Shown piece by piece: positions 38,664-50,774 of a stretch of DNA of 64,000 nucleotides (its first letter is position 1; every line of letters starts with the position of its first letter). Below the pieces are notes generated by a model. It was given only the letters and a program-made list of their open reading frames with translations, was not told the origin of the DNA and did not search any database. Where the stretch lies: the NCBI GenBank assembly GCA_013265495.1, contig MU062133.1, positions 10,146,182 through 10,210,181 of the forward strand. Reading direction: 5' to 3'. The DNA comes from Vicugna vicugna. Its lineage: Eukaryota. A program made the position numbers and the translations under genes.

Positions 38664-38769
38664 TATAATATTATTCAGTGGTTACATGGTGGTGGGGGGG
38701 GGTTCTGTTTTTGTTAGGCTTTGGAAAGTGGCAAATTGAATTCCATCCAAGTAATCAGAGGTTATGAGT

Positions 38770-39185
38770 TTCCAGCACAGTATGTTTGCACATGTTGGAG
38801 GCTCATTTTCCCACAGTTGTCCCCAGCCCAGTGCCCCTTGACCATTTGCTGGCCACTCGGGACAGATCCGAAGTGCCAAGGAGTTAATTCACTGACAGGA
38901 GCCCTCAGCCGATGAGACATAGGAGTTGGCGGCAAATACTACAGCTTCCTCTCGCCTCAGGTGGGACAACTCTGAGACATGCCCTTCTCTGTCCCCCAGA
39001 GGTCCCCAGTGAGATTGGCTTTGGTGTCCGCAGTGATGACTTGCTTATTTAGGGCAGTCTCTGTTGGCTTCCTTCACTTACCTGTCTTGCTTCCCCATTC
39101 ACCTACCTGAGCTTTCTGGCATCACTCTCCAAATAAACCATTTGTCTCAAATTCTTGTCTAGGTTCTGCTTTCCAAGAGAGGCAC
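38770..39185 (+). mobile_element. LTR16-family (ERVL) solo LTR
   Basis: ccgaagtgccaaggagttaa...ctcgcctcaggtgggacaactctgag...cagaggtccccag...ttggcttccttc...ctccaaataaaccatttgtctcaaattcttgtct. Confidence 0.8.
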
Positions 39186-39359
39186 ACCTGGTCTCCCAGT
39201 TTTCCCTTTCCCATTTGGAGAGTACCCAGAGGGCTCTCTGGGTCCCTCTGTCCTGTTTTGGGGAGGATTCATGGCAGCAGCCAGAAGTCTTAATGTTTTA
39301 AGGCATCTTCATCCTGAAAGATGAAAATTCTGAACTTTTTTTTTTCAATCAGGAAGGTG

Positions 39360-39665
39360 ATGGATATAATTTATTTCTCCCTCTTCTCTTAATTATTATT
39401 ACCCCATTCAAGTGAGACAAGGTGATTTAATCCGGGTTGTATTTTAAATGCCCATAATCGATGTCCTCATTCTAAGCTATATCTATGTGCTCTTAGATAA
39501 TCTATGTATAATTTTAATAGATTTGTCAACGGCGGCCCTTCTTCATCTAAACAGGCTGCTTGCAGACAGATCACTTAATTTGCGCCTCAGTGTTATGTTT
39601 CATACATTGTTGCTGCACGGCCGACAGATAGCAGATGATCCCATTACAAATGCATTCGACACGGC
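39360..39665. promoter_or_regulatory. Candidate conserved non-coding enhancer (homeodomain-motif rich)
   Basis: Non-repeat AT-rich block with TGATTTAA, TAATCC, TAATCGAT, AGATAA, TGTCAA and TAATTTG; conservation not verified. Confidence 0.4.
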
Positions 39666-39832
39666 ATGGACTGTGGGGAGGAGCAAACTCAAGGTCTCCT
39701 ACTGTGGCAAGCAGAGTGTGGTCCTGCTCACTCAGAAGGGGTGGGTCCTGGTGATCACGGCACCTGAACAGGTGCTGAGGCTGCAGCCCCCTGCAGTACC
39801 CAGATGCTGATGAGAGCCCTGGCTTACCTGCC

Positions 39833-40277
39833 CCAACAGAGGCTGTCAGTGCCACACCCCTTCCCCCAGCCTGGGGAGCACCTGCTGACCGTTCCAGTCC
39901 CACTTCCTCCTCTCTCTGTGTGAGGGTGCCCAGCGTGCTCATGGGGCAGGCTGGAGGCGTTGGGGGACTGATACCCCCAAAGCTCTTGCCGACTAAGGAG
40001 AAGTAGGAAATAATGAATAAATACCTCAGCTTCCTTCCTGTCTTGGGGGGAAACTTTAAGATATGTTCTACCCAGTCACTCAGAGGATCCCCAGCAGGAA
40101 TGAGCCCTGGTTGCCCATAGCAGTCAGTGCCTCCTTGATGGACTTTTCCCTGTCTCCTGTCTCACATCCCTACTCCCTCATGGTGCTTTGTTGGATCAAT
40201 TCAAAAAAAAAAAAAAAACCCTTGCATCCAAATCAGTGTTTCGGGGTCCTCTTTGGAGGGGAGTTCAATCTAAGATG
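39833..40277 (+). mobile_element. LTR16-family (ERVL) solo LTR
   Basis: cagaggctgtcagtgccacaccc...ataaatacctcagcttcc...cagaggatccccagcaggaatgagccctggttgcccatagcag...cttgcatccaaatc...aatctaagatg. Confidence 0.8.
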
Positions 40278-40790
40278 CGTGTCCTTCTGAACGTCTTCAG
40301 GTTGATCTTTCAGGTGTGCTCATCCTCCGGGACCTAGATTAGGGCATGGCAAGGAGCTTCCTGCATCCCAGGAGCTCTACCTCCTCTGACCACCTTCAGC
40401 CCTGCCAGCAGAGTTACCTTAGCCCTCATCACCTGAAGCCTTGTGACTTCCCCTGTTTCTCTGCACGTGGGTGTGCGATGGGGTAGATGCCAACTCTGCC
40501 AGCTCCTAGCTGACCTGAACATCTGCTGAGAGGTGATAGTGCTCTAGCCACATCCTCAGCTTAGAGCAAAGACCAGAGATGCCTGGCAGGGTGAAGGATG
40601 GAGTAGCCAGGCAACACTGAGGGTGCTCCCTTTGGGGGAGAAAAAAGTACCAGAAACCCTTCTTCCAAAGACTGATGTGAGTGCTGACGGATTATTTGTG
40701 CCATTTCTGTCTGCTGGGGTAATTGCAAGGCGAGTGCATTGTGTTCCAAAGGAAAAATGTTCTCTAGACGCGGTAATCTTCACCCTGCCA

Positions 40791-41060
40791 NNNNNNNNNN
40801 NNNNNNNNNNNNNNNNNNNNNNNNNNNNNNNNNNNNNNNNNNNNNNNNNNNNNNNNNNNNNNNNNNNNNNNNNNNNNNNNNNNNNNNNNNNNNNNNNNNN
40901 NNNNNNNNNNNNNNNNNNNNNNNNNNNNNNNNNNNNNNNNNNNNNNNNNNNNNNNNNNNNNNNNNNNNNNNNNNNNNNNNNNNNNNNNNNNNNNNNNNNN
41001 NNNNNNNNNNNNNNNNNNNNNNNNNNNNNNNNNNNNNNNNNNNNNNNNNNNNNNNNNNNN
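40791..41060. other. Assembly gap (N run)
   Basis: 270 N. Confidence 1.
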
Positions 41061-43619
41061 TAAATGTGACCGTGGGAGAGAAGCAGTGAATGGAGTGAGT
41101 TCAGAACGGAGGCTCCCTCACTGGGTATGGCCCGAGATGGAAGGAAATTCACATATGTGGTTACCTGTGTTCATTAGCCATTTGCTTCCACTGTGTTTTA
41201 AGTAGGCCATTAGTATTCAGAAGAATCTACAGGTATCTTTGTTATGGCTTTTTTTTATCTTTTAAATGTACATATAAATGAGTATGTATTATTTATAGAT
41301 GTCTTTGGATTTAGAAACATCGAGCTTGAAAAGTAATGCAGCAAGGAATATTTGATTTACTGCTTGCTGGAAAAGAGAGCAGAGAGAGGAGGACTTTATG
41401 CAGGAAAGAAGCCTGGGTTGGGATAAGTTGTTTAACCTTTTTAGGGAACTTTCCTGGAATCTTCAGTTACAGTTAAACTGTAGAGAGATGACAGGATGGA
41501 AAAAAAAAAAAAGAACAGTGGCTGGGGAGTTTGGAGGCCAGCATTGTGGTCCTGGCTCTCCTGCTAATCAACTATGTCACCTTGAGCTTTCACTCACAGG
41601 CTCTTGCCTTTTGTTTCCTGCCCGCATCTGGACATCAAGACCTGCCAGGCTGTAGCCCAGCAATTTGGTGCATTTGTAATGACTGCTGTGGGCTCTGGCC
41701 GGACTCCCCGGTCACTGGGTTAGTTTACACCAGTGCCGTGAGGTTGGTGAGCGATGGTGCTGTGTTTTTTCAGATGGGACGTGAAGCCATGGTGCGATCA
41801 AGCCACTTGCCTACACACATTGGTAGAGATCAGGAAAACAGAATTAGCTTCTCATTCTATTTTCAGTTCCTAGGCTGTTTCTATATTGGCCAAGAAAAGC
41901 AGAGAACTTACAGAAATTCCTGGTAATGACTGCTTTCTGCCTGGGTACAGAGAAACTTGCCTGTCTGTGATTTATTTTTAAATGGATAACTCATCATATC
42001 TGGGTAAAAAGTACCGTAATCTCCAAAGGCTTCTCTTTCACAATTTTTTTTTCTCCCTGAGCGTATAAAAACAGCCTCAGATCTATTCAAATAAAATAGC
42101 TTTCTACTGGGTGACGAAGTAATGCCTCTCAGACCCCCTTGGGGCTGGGAAAGGGTCTTTAGCCGCTGGCCCTAGGGCTTGGACTCAGAGGAAAGATGGA
42201 ATGAGGGAATAGAAGCTATGAAAGCATCTGCCCGAAGTCCTAGAGTTTGTTTACCAATTGCTGGGGAGGAGGTGGGTGGAGAAGGGGATGGTAAAGGCTG
42301 AAATTGTCCCCTTGGAGGAAATTCAGGGAGAGAGCTGGAGGGAGCAGGGAGTGGTAGCTGACCAGTGTCAGACAGACCCAGGCCAGCTGTACACACGGTC
42401 AGCGCCTTGGTCAGCCAGCTCCAGAGGAAGCTCCCTCTCCAGCCGTCCCCTGCGTGCTCACTTCTGTGGAGAGGTGGTGGGAGAGAAGGCACCAGCCCTT
42501 CCCAGGGCACTGGAGGTATTTCAGGGACACCTGTCCCGTGCCCCGGTGGCAGGCCTGGTAATAGTAATGTTACAGCCACCAGTTATAGGTGCCATGGGGC
42601 TATGCCAAGTGCCTTTCTTCCACTCAGACAGTTAACTCGCAGAGCAACCATGGATGTTCAGTCATATCATCCCCATTTTACAGAGGAGGAGACTGAGGCA
42701 GGGGTGGGCGTGGAGTGGATGGTTGGCAATGTGATCACTCTGCCATTAACCTTACAGATTTAGGCCCAGGTTAGACCTAGGCCTCTCAGAGGATAAATCT
42801 TCCATGCTCCTGATCAACACCAAGCTCTGATTGTGCCGCGTAGACCATGAGCAAGGCTACAGGGTTCAGACTTGGGAGAAGGGATTCCCAAACCTCTCTG
42901 CAGCTCCACGCCGAGACCAAAACCCACTGAGTCTCAAAGCCTACCTTGTTTTACCCTGTGAAGCCACTTTTCCCCCATCCCTTCTCTCTAAGGGGCAGGG
43001 GAGTCCAGGGCACCCTGAACCCTGACAGCCAAGATGTTGGCCAGACCTGGCAATGGGCAGATGCCGGAACCATGACCTTGTTTGGTAGCTGCCTCTCCTG
43101 TCCCCATGCTGTCTCCAGCCCCCTGACATGTATAGCAGTGGGCCCCATAAAGGGCCAATGTGGTTGGCCTCTCGTGTGCTGTGAGCACAGGTCAAATACC
43201 CCCTTGAAGAACCAAGGCAAACGTCCCCAGAGTCAGTCACCAGGAAGGGGACAGGCCTCAGATAAGAACCTGGAGCAGAGAAGGTGGGAGGGAAGAGGGA
43301 AGCCCCGGTCTCTCTGGGCTCTGCTTGTGGGGTCCGGACTTTGAGGTGGGCTCTCACCTGGGTGTCAGTTCCGGTGTGGTGGATGTGGAGATGGGGGCTG
43401 CCACATGGAGCCAGGATGGGCCTGACCAGGCCCGTGGACCCTCCTGGAGAACAGCTGGGCAGCCAGCTTATCCGGCCGCATTCTACTTCCTCTTTCCACT
43501 GCTCTCACTCACCTCCTGGCCCGCTGTTCTGTTTTACTCCCTAGGACTCTAGATAAGTCTTGTTCAAATGTTATAGCCTGGCCCCAGGAGTGTGGGAAGA
43601 ACCAAGGGGAGAGACTTGT

Positions 43620-44110
43620 CCACATCTGAGTCAGAGTTGTAAGCGGCAGCGTGGTGGGGGGGACGGCCCCACCCACACGGCGACCTAGAAGGTGCTGGAG
43701 AGGAGGGTACCGTGTGTCTCGGCACCGGGAAGGAGGGGGCACTGTACCCACCGCACTCCCGCCCGGCAGCGTCAGCAGCTGGCCTTCGCATCAGTGAATT
43801 AGGGATGCCGGCGCCTGTCCTGCCTCTCCTGGGGTCCGCGCGGCCATCTAATGAAGGAGAGAAGATGCAGAAACACTCCAAAGAGCCCACGGCACCAGGC
43901 AAATGTGAAGCGTCATCATGAAAAGCTTAAATTTATGGGTCTAAAGGAGAAGCAACATCTGGGAAGGAATTATTGCAATTTAAAGGGAGGATGCAGGCCT
44001 GTTTATAAGAGCGAAATCTGGAAGCGATGTCTGATTTTTTTTTTTAAACTGGTTTGTATTCCAATCATGAAGCTGTGGTGTGAACGTCCAGATGTTCGAA
44101 GCAAAATTGG
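43620..44110. promoter_or_regulatory. Candidate enhancer: CpG-dense patch abutting an AT-rich homeodomain block
   Basis: About 18 CpG in 43640-43860 counted by eye; AP-1 TGAGTCA at 43627; TTTATGG at 43931. Confidence 0.35.
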
Positions 44111-45679
44111 AGAAAATGAGTTGAGTCTTAGAGGCGTTTTCCTTCCATCAACAGAGCTTTACTGAGCAGCTACTACGTGCCAGGTGCTACTACACGCTGG
44201 GCTTACACCTAATGCCACTGCGGCTGAGTCCGTGTAACAGGCCTGCGGGCGCCTCTGCCCTTCTCTCCAGCTAACGACCTTCCGGAAGTGCAAGGTCATC
44301 CCAGTTCCGGATCCAGTGACAGGAAAATCCCTATTAACTCAGGGAGGGGTGCACTGAGTGGTGGGGCTGAAATGGGGGGATCCTAGTTAATTTAATTACT
44401 GGGAGGTCTGCCCTGCAATAATGTTTTGTGTGGGCGGAGTTGATTTACGACTTTTTTTTTCTGAAACGTGTGGGTCTGGGTTTCCGGCAGAGCTCTGCCA
44501 TGGCATGGCTCAAGGTGCGATCAGGCACAGGCACCCCGTTGTCCGTATCTCCCCATTCTCCTTGCCCAGACCAGCCGAGAGGGACCAGGAGACAGGCCAT
44601 TACGAAGCCTCCTTGGGTGACACTGTGCCCTTATCTTGATACTCTCCAGTGATTTTTCTCAGAAGGGTCTGTACTCCAGAGAGTGCAGGAAAAACTTCTG
44701 GGGGGGAGTTTTCAGTAGGAGAAGGGGTGAAGGGGGGAGGTCCAGGAAAGGGGAGCAGGTGCATGTCTGGTCACAGAAGTGGAGGAGAGCTGGGGGTGTC
44801 TAGGGGCAGGAGACCCGGGCAGTGGAGGACACTGGGAAGAGCCTCTGGTCCGGGAGTGATGGGACCAGTTCTGGGACTAAGCATATTTCCTCCAGCACCA
44901 GCGGGGCCACTGGGAGGCTGTTGCTGTGACCCAGGTGAGAGGTGGGGAGGCCTCGCCCCAGGCAGTGGAGATTGGAGAGAACTGTTCCGAGCAGTGCTGG
45001 GGGTGGGGGGGGGAGAGCCAGGCCCTGAGATGAGGATCCAGCAGTGGCAGAAGTAGGGGAAAGTCAATCACAAACACGTGCATCTCAGTTGGGCAGGGGT
45101 AAAATTGATTACTGAAGTGCGGAAAGTGCAAAAAATCGTCAGTATATCAGTGGTGGTGCCAAAGCTCCACCGTACCTGACAGAATCTTACTCCTTAGAAT
45201 TGAATTTCTCTCATTGGAAAGAATTGAATTTAGTTTTTCTCTTGTTGAGGGGGAGGTGGTGAAATGAAAAACAAAACCAAAAAAAAAAAAGATTGGAAAC
45301 AATGAGTAATAGTAACGAAGAATCCAGGTGAGCTGCCTTCCTGCTGACAGAGGTGTTGTGGTAGGTGTAGGGGGCCCCCTGTAGCTTCTCTACTGTAAGA
45401 GGGTCTGCTCAGGGTGAGGGGGTCACTTCGGAACCTGACCACCTCTGGGGCATCTGGAGGCTGCTGAGAAGTGGGCGATGGGGTTGAGGGGGTAGCCATT
45501 TGGGTTGTAGGATTGGTTTGGGCTCACCAGGACCTGACTGGGGTGCAGACACCCACTGACACCTGTGCGTTTATTCAGCCCAGGGTGGTGACTACAGAGA
45601 AAACACAGGACAGCTCCAAGCTTCTCGTTGCTTGAGGTCCCAGGAACAAGGGGGCCGAAATTCAGAACAAAGATGTGGG

Positions 45680-45900
45680 TTGGGAGGCACAGGTCTAGGG
45701 TTCCAGGTCTGGCTCCCTCCCTCCCTCACTTGCTATGTGACTTCAGGTAATTCTTATTTTCCGTGAGCCTCAGTTTCCTCACCTGTAAAATGGGAGTACT
45801 AAAAGTAACGTATTCATAAACTTGTTAGAGAAGACAGATGAGAAACTGTGAATGACTAGCTTTGTGATCGTCGAACATTATGAAAGTATTGTTATTATCC
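45680..45900 (+). mobile_element. MIR SINE
   Basis: ttgctatgtgacttcaggtaatt...gagcctcagtttcctcacctgtaaaatgggag. Confidence 0.85.
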
Positions 45901-47679
45901 CTCAATCACAAGTCATGGTCTCTGAAGATCCTATCTTTCTTTGAAGAACACGCACCCATAGAAAAGCTTGCCAGGCGGTGCCTCCCTACTTGGAGAATGC
46001 ATAATGGATCTCATCAATGGCCAGTTCTGGCTCCTTAATGGAAAGAGGAAGCCTCTGCGTTGTGCTGGGTGGGCTCTCGGACCACGCGCCATCTTTACAT
46101 CTTCAATCTCCCGTTGTAAAAGCAGTGCCTTCTGGACCCCTCAGTCGAGAACCTGATGGATAAACACTCAGAGAGAGTGTTTATTTTGGGGGTTGGCAAG
46201 ATGCCTGCAGGCTTTGGTGAACCCATGGTTGATATTATTAATGGCTGGCCTGTTTTTCTCTCATAAAAGAAAGAGAGTGTGAATGAGAGTTCCCCTTGCA
46301 GGATACGTACAGAGCAGACATCCCAGCCGGTGCCTGGTGTGCAGTGGGGTCCTGCACCTGGGCTGACAGGACTGTGGGTGTGGGAGCTGGTTTCCTCCCT
46401 ACAGTGTACAGCCTCCTGTTCTTCTGCTTTTTTTCTCGCAAGGAAGTTAGAATCCTCTTTCCCAGTTGTCTGTGGGGTGGTGAGCTACCCACGCACTGGA
46501 GCCGTAATTGGTGTAGCATGGTCAAGACCCAGGCAGGGCTGCTCTCTTATCCTGCCTCAAACGGGAGACTCCCTGATTGGTTTCTCCTCTCTTAAGGCAG
46601 TTTCTCTCCAAAAAGTTGGTATCTTTTATAAGTAAGTTAAAAAAAAAATCCTGGCCCCTTGTTTATAATTCTCCTGGCTATCAATTTGGCTCATGTCAGG
46701 AACCATCTTTATTTACAGACTTTGAGTTGGAAGGGGGCCTCAAAAATTTCTTTGAGTTTAATTTTGAGGCTCTCCCAGCATTTAGGCAGTTATTTAACCC
46801 AAACAGCCCATTCATGGGTCTTGATTTCATATTGGCCTTTATGCCCTGTCAAACTCAGTTAGCATCTCTTCAGGGCCTTGAGAAGGTAAAGGACTTAAGA
46901 CCAATTTCACAGGCATTGACTTATTACCTACTGTATTTTTTAAACTAAAGTAAAAAGTCCCTCATCTTTTAGAGACTCATCCTTTCTTAAGCCTGGAAGC
47001 TGCCCTTTGATGATGAGATAAGTGGGAGAAAAAGGATCAGTTTGACCAGCACTGTCAAAGGTCAAGTCCAGAGGTGGTACCTTCATCTCCCCTGGAGACG
47101 GAAAACCATGCCTACCTCTCTGTGATTTCCTGGGTTCTTCCCTGAGATTCATTTCTCCCAGGCCATGATCTTGGGAAATTTAAGGTTTTACAGTGTTATC
47201 TTGGGAACAAATTATTACTAGAAATCAGTTTCTAGTCATTTATTTTAAAATCACTTTAAATATCATGCATCTCCTTAGAGTAGAATGAATTTAGGTGCAT
47301 GGATATAGCTTCTAGGCCTCCTAAGAAAAGATAGCGAACGAAGGGTCCATTGTGTACCCCCCTGTGATGGATGTCGTAGGCCAGAGATTCGAATATTAAG
47401 ATAATGTCTGTCCTCAGGATGCCCAGGATTTGAGTGCAAGGAGTAGAGGTTGGGTGGGAGGAAGAAGAGCAAGAAGAGGAAAGAAATGGAATTACTGAGA
47501 CATGAGCTAATACCGAATATGAGCTGAGAACAGCTAGAAACCCCTCAAGGGAGGAGCATCTGGTTGGGATGGGTGAAGATGTCATGAAGGAGGTGTGACC
47601 GGCCCTGGGACTGTGAGTGGGTGATGGCAATACTGAGATGCTGATGCTGAGAATGGTACTTATGTACCAGTCTCTCTAG

Positions 47680-47800
47680 TTTTAAAAATGGAAAATGAAA
47701 GTTCATAGAAATTAAATAATTTAGCTGGTGTCACAAAACCAAGAGCCATGTTAGAATTCTAGTTCAGATGGCTGATTCCAAAGTCCTGCTTCTAACCATC
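47680..47800 (-). mobile_element. MIR fragment
   Basis: ttttaaaaatggaaaatgaaagttcatagaaattaaataatttagctggtgtcaca...gctgattccaaagtcctgcttctaacc. Confidence 0.55.
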
Positions 47801-47811
47801 TCTGATAATAT

Positions 47812-48180
47812 ATTCGTTAGGATCCTGACAGGAGCAGACACATTCAAATGTGTAATTTGAAGAGAGTTCAACGAAAGGGCTATTCACAAAGGTGTAGACA
47901 CAGTAGGAAGAGACCACGGCAGGGCAATACCCCAGGGCTCATAATGGGGTGGGGGGAGGGAGCTGTTCCTGGAAGGCAGAGAGGGAGCTATGTGGAGCCT
48001 CCACCTACCCATCGCCAGCCAGAGCCCTGACCTTCAGTGGAGGGTCACAGCCATCCCATGAAGACAGTGCAAGGCACTGCAAGGAGGAAGGGAGAATAAA
48101 CACCCAGCCCCATTCCCACACCCGGGCTCCCACTGGTGTCTGCATTGCCTAAACATAACCAGAAGTCACGGGGTCTCAGA
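47812..48180 (-). mobile_element. ERVL LTR (LTR33/LTR41-like)
   Basis: cacattcaaatgtgtaatttgaagagagttcaacgaaagggctattcacaaaggtgt...gggagaataaacacccagcc...cattgcctaaacataaccagaagtc. Confidence 0.65.
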
Positions 48181-48689
48181 GCTGGAGTGATGCCCTCCGT
48201 GCAGATGAAGTAAGCCTCCCAGGACACAGAACCAGATGGGAAGCAGACCTGGAGGACCAAACAGAAGATCCCCAGCTGTGACGTCACACGTGTCCGCTCA
48301 CGTCAGGATCTTCTCATAAGCATGTCAGGGAACCGTCCCGAAGAATGCGGCTTTGCGTGGGCTTTTTATTTTTGTTCAGAACTTTGTTTCAGTTATCTCC
48401 TCTGGAGGTGGCCTCTGGGGACCACAGAGGAGGAAGGACGAGGCCACTGGCATCAGAACAGTTTGGACAGCCCTGGAGCGTTGGGTCACCTGGGTTGCAG
48501 AGAAGGGAAACAGCCTAACCTGACACTGGCAACCGAGAGGCTTGTCTCAAGAGAATGAGAGCTCCTCCTAAAGCTGGGTGGCCAGGAGCTCGGACTCTCG
48601 GTTAGTAGCCTGTACAGTGGCCTGCAAGGCCCTGCCCAGTCTGGATACTCACCTCTCTAGCTCAGAGTCCTACTAAAATCTCCCATGTC

Positions 48690-49105
48690 CAGCCACAGTG
48701 GGGCCCTTGCTGACCCAGGAGCACAGGAGTCATGCTCCCCGACACCTGCACAGCCCACTCCCTCATCACCTTCAAGTGTGCTTGAGTGTCATCTTCCCGT
48801 GAGGCTTGTTACCCCGTCCACCCTCGCTAAAGTGCATCACAGCCCGCCACCCACATCCTCTGCTCTGCTTCTTCCCTAGTAACTAGTACTCCCTTCTAAC
48901 ACACTCTGCAATTCGTACTTATTCTTTGAGTTTACTGTTTATTCTGTTTCCACCCCCTAGGAGATGAGCTCCATGAGGGCAGGGATTTTTTCCCCCTGTT
49001 TGGTTCACTCAGATTCCCAGGGCTAGAACACTGCCTGGTACGTAGCAGGCACTCCATACACATGTATCAAATGAATAAATGAATGAATAGGTAGGTGAAT
49101 GAATG
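48690..49105 (+). mobile_element. L2 LINE 3' end
   Basis: gagctccatgagggcagggatttt...gctagaacactgcctggtacgtagcaggcactc...aaatgaataaatgaatgaa canonical L2 tail. Confidence 0.9.
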
Positions 49106-49139
49106 AGATCCACAAGGGTCTAAAAATGGACTGACCGCT

Positions 49140-49900
49140 GTACACTGGACCTCTCCCTTCACCAACATGTATCTGTCAAGGATCTTTCCCAGAAAAACAT
49201 CGATCGTTTATTATCACCAGTACTGTCAATACTTTGTGGCCAAGGGGATCGATTTATCCGTGGGCTTCACATAAACTTGGCAGAGGAAATGTACTCACGA
49301 CGTTGGCTCTGTGTCAAAATTAAATGGTGACCTTGGCTTACTTTGCTTCCCTACAGAGGTTATTTCTTAATCATAAAGGAAACATTCTATCCTTGGGGAA
49401 AGTAATATTTTTGCCACCTCCAGCTTTACAATGGCTCTTTGATATGGCCCACGTGTCTCTGTCAGCAGCAGCTGAGAAAGCTTGAGTTTGAGAGGCTCCG
49501 AGAAAGACCCGTTGCGTCGTCGGAGAGAAACTCGTCTTAGGGCGGGATTAGTTTACAATAACTTATTTACCTGTCCACATCCTTCATATCACATTAAAGC
49601 TTTCCCCTGCTAGCCGGGACTCTGGAGTGCTACGAGGAAAAAGGAAAATCAATTGATAATGATATATTCAGTTTAGAAAAATATATTGACTCGCAGGTAA
49701 TGACAGTCATGCATTTTTTGCAGTAGAGGATGCCATTTCCTGTCGTGAAGATGGCTTTCACATATATTATATTTGAAAGAGGGAACGAGGAACAGCCCTG
49801 CCTCCCCATAATAGATAGCCTTTTTCTACGAGGTATTAAATCTATATTTTTTTAAACCTTCTCTCCAAGGAGCCCATCCTTTGCCTCCTCAAGGTCTTCT
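49140..49900. promoter_or_regulatory. Candidate conserved enhancer with CUT/ONECUT-type motifs
   Basis: ATCGAT at 49199 and 49248, palindrome ATCAATTGAT at 49648-49657, TAATGACAG at 49698; CpG retained; non-repeat. Confidence 0.4.
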
Positions 49901-50774
49901 TGTCCATTGCGTAAAAGAAGTAATGATTTGTTTCTGTAATTCTAAGGTCTGTGTCCTGTTCCCTTTTCAGCATTAGATTCAAGACTTAAATTTCTTATTT
50001 TTCCCCATGTTTGGAATTTCTTGGTTTGGATTAGATGGAAGGGAATGTCATTATTCTCTCTTATTGAATGTCAGTGGCTCTACTCTGGGGATGAGGGCTT
50101 TGTGTGTTTGGGGATGGGGGAGCGAAAGCTGGTGTCTACCCCTTGGGGCTCTCTGCTGCCCACTCAGACCCCGTGATCTTGGGGTGCCATGGCAGGGTTT
50201 GGGGACCCCCTGTGTGACATCACCTACACCTGGAAATCCAGGATAGGGACTAGCTGCCCCTTAGAGTAGGGACCATCCCAGATACTGGAATTCCAGAGAG
50301 AACTTTCTACAAAGATGATACGTTTCCCCCACCCCACCCCACCCATCTCCTGTCTCTCCTGTCTCTCTCTAGACGGCCTGGCCTCCTGGTGATGCTCACA
50401 CCCTGCTAAGTGTTGGTGGCTATCAAGGATTCTGCATCCTGGGGACGAATCCCGAGCTTGCCAGAGACGGACGGCGCAAGGTAGGTCAGCTCCCTGGAAA
50501 TCAGAAGGGCATCTTCTCTACCACTGATTGCCTGGGGGAAGTGAGGTCCTCTCACCCTTTTGGTCAGTGAGAGTTTTACCATAGAGGAGGGATTAAGTGG
50601 TACCCTGAGGCAAGCTAAGCCATCTGGACCCCGATCTACCTGGAATCCACCCATAAGCATGGCTGTCACACTTTGCTCACCTGGGACTGGGGTCCCACAG
50701 GAGGCCGGATATGGGGACGCCCAGCAGCCGAGTGACCCTTACATGCCTCAAAAACTGTAGTTTCTTCTTTTGTG

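Noticed and set aside
38770-40277. Two same-orientation LTR16s as the ends of one provirus
   Set aside because: The LTRs differ substantially, no PBS or PPT is seen, and the interval does not resemble ERVL internal sequence
40556-41152. ORFs spanning N runs (also at 25.3-25.6, 36.2-36.5 and 38.4-38.7 kb)
   Set aside because: Artefacts of translating assembly gaps
41867-41922. Possible 56-nt exon (ttctattttcag / gtaatg)
   Set aside because: Splice-like signals only; no partner exons and no recognisable peptide; would need RNA-seq
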